From NCBI GenBank assembly GCA_963843975.1, contig CAWJMG010000001.1, positions 510,001-542,000 of the forward strand: a stretch of DNA of 32,000 bases, read 5' to 3'. Source of the DNA: an uncultured Actinomycetes bacterium. Lineage in GTDB: Bacteria; Actinomycetota; Actinomycetes; S36-B12; CAIYMF01. Of the stretch, positions 30,983 to 32,000 are shown piece by piece. Every line of letters begins with the position of its first letter. The first letter of the stretch is position 1. A model generated the notes under the pieces. The model did not search any database, had not been told where the DNA came from, and was given only the letters and a program-made list of their open reading frames with translations. Made by a program: the position numbers and the translations under genes.

Positions 30983-32000
30983 GCACCAGGGGCCGGCTCG
31001 ACGCGGCGTACCGCGAGGAGTCGTGGGCGCGGATGCGCGGCGGCGTGGACGTGCTCGTGGTGGGCGGCGGCGTCACGGGCGCCGGTGTCGCACTCGACGC
31101 CGCGGTGCGCGGCCTGTCCGTCGGCCTCGTCGAGCAGCGCGACTTCGCCGCGGGCACGTCGTCGCGGTCGTCCAAGCTCGTCCACGGCGGGCTGCGCTAC
31201 CTCGAGCAGCTCAACTTCGGCCTGGTCCGCGAGGCGCTGCGCGAGCGCGCGCTGCTGCTCGACCGGCTCGCGCCGCACCTGGTCACGCCGCTGCCGTTCC
31301 TCTACCCGCTCGCGCACAAGGTCTGGGAGCGCCCGTACGTCGGCGCCGGCCTCACCCTCTACGACACCCTCGGCGGCCTGCAGCCCTCGGTGCCGCGGCA
31401 CTCGCACCTCACGAAGTCCGCTGCGCTCAAGGCGTTCCCGTCGCTGCGGCCCGAGCTCATCGCCGGCGCGATCCGCTACCACGACGCCCAGGTCGACGAC
31501 GCCCGCCACACCCTCGAGCTCGCCCGCACTGCCGCCGCCCACGGTGCCTCGCTGGTGTCGGCTGCGCGCGTGACCGAGATCGTCCGCGACGGCGACCGCG
31601 TCGTCGGCGCGAAGGTCACCGATGCCATGACGGGCGAGTCGCACGACATCCCCGCGAAGGTCGTCGTCAACGCCACGGGCGTCTGGGCCGGCCGCACCGA
31701 GGAGCTCGCGGGTGTCCAGCAGCCGATCCGCATGCGCCCGTCCAAGGGCGTGCACATCATCGTGCCGAAGGACCGGATCGACGCCTCGCTCGCGCTCATC
31801 ACCAAGACGCCCACCTCGGTGCTGTTCATCCTGCCGTGGGGCCGCTCGTGGGTCATCGGCACGACCGACACCACCTGGCACCACGAGCTGTCGCACCCGT
31901 CGGCCACGCACAAGGACCTGCACTACCTGCTCGACATGGCCAACGCCGCGCTCACCAGCGATCTCACCGAGTCCGACGTCATCGGCCTGTACGCCGGGCT
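30979..32000 (+). CDS. glpD: FAD-dependent glycerol-3-phosphate dehydrogenase; 3' end runs off the window
   Basis: Absent from the track (no stop in window). My translation from ATG 30979 (ATGA overlap with the galK stop) is open to position 32000. It reads ...DVLVVGGGVTGAGVALDAAVRGLSVGLVEQRDFAAGTSSRSSKLVHGGLRYLEQ...RYHDAQVDDARH...SKGVHIIVP..., the GlpD/GlpA family pattern. Confidence 0.85.
   Translation, partial: MSTRGRLDAAYREESWARMRGGVDVLVVGGGVTGAGVALDAAVRGLSVGLVEQRDFAAGTSSRSSKLVHGGLRYLEQLNFGLVREALRERALLLDRLAPHLVTPLPFLYPLAHKVWERPYVGAGLTLYDTLGGLQPSVPRHSHLTKSAALKAFPSLRPELIAGAIRYHDAQVDDARHTLELARTAAAHGASLVSAARVTEIVRDGDRVVGAKVTDAMTGESHDIPAKVVVNATGVWAGRTEELAGVQQPIRMRPSKGVHIIVPKDRIDASLALITKTPTSVLFILPWGRSWVIGTTDTTWHHELSHPSATHKDLHYLLDMANAALTSDLTESDVIGLYAG

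Overview
Very GC-rich chromosomal window with strong third-position GC bias in the real reading frames. The style is Actinomycetota, but the taxon cannot be fixed from sequence alone. I support 27 protein-coding loci and found no rRNA, tRNA, CRISPR array, transposase, integrase or phage-like gene.

Gene content, in order:
- 1-1216 (-): PLP-dependent decarboxylase, running off the window.
- 1348-5437 (+): operon of deoC, an aldehyde dehydrogenase, a catalytic-domain-less ALDH-like protein and a GNAT.
- 5494-9090 (-): large pyruvate:ferredoxin/flavodoxin oxidoreductase.
- 9219-11628: udk-like P-loop kinase, LysE exporter and adenosine deaminase.
- 11798-12289 (+): orphan small protein.
- 19505 down to 12293 (-): tightly coupled 7-gene nucleoside operon. 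It encodes a BMP lipoprotein, ABC ATPase, two permeases, cdd, deoA and a cupin.
- 19710-25735: split-type methylmalonyl-CoA mutase catalytic subunit, D,D-carboxypeptidase, 2H phosphoesterase, trpS and a CNNM/CorC protein.
- 25973 to window end (+): overlap-coupled GH42 beta-galactosidase, DeoR regulator, galT, galK and glpD.

This is an ordinary core-metabolic region. I do not see a convincing new defence, toxin or mobile system.

Things worth a second look:
- Three conserved minus-strand genes (deoA, the mutase, trpS) each carry exactly one extra nucleotide. Two of the sites share an identical 10-mer.
- The ABC ATPase has no ATG/GTG/TTG upstream of its conserved N-terminal strand, and probably starts at ATC.
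- A cTAGGrT -10-like hexamer recurs 6-8 nt upstream of start codons, which implies leaderless mRNAs.
- A possible leaderless 24-codon uORF is stop/start-coupled to the CorC-family gene.
- An ALDH paralogue lacks the catalytic domain.
- Three tandem 10-bp repeats lie upstream of the gal cluster.
- glpD is translationally coupled to the Leloir genes.
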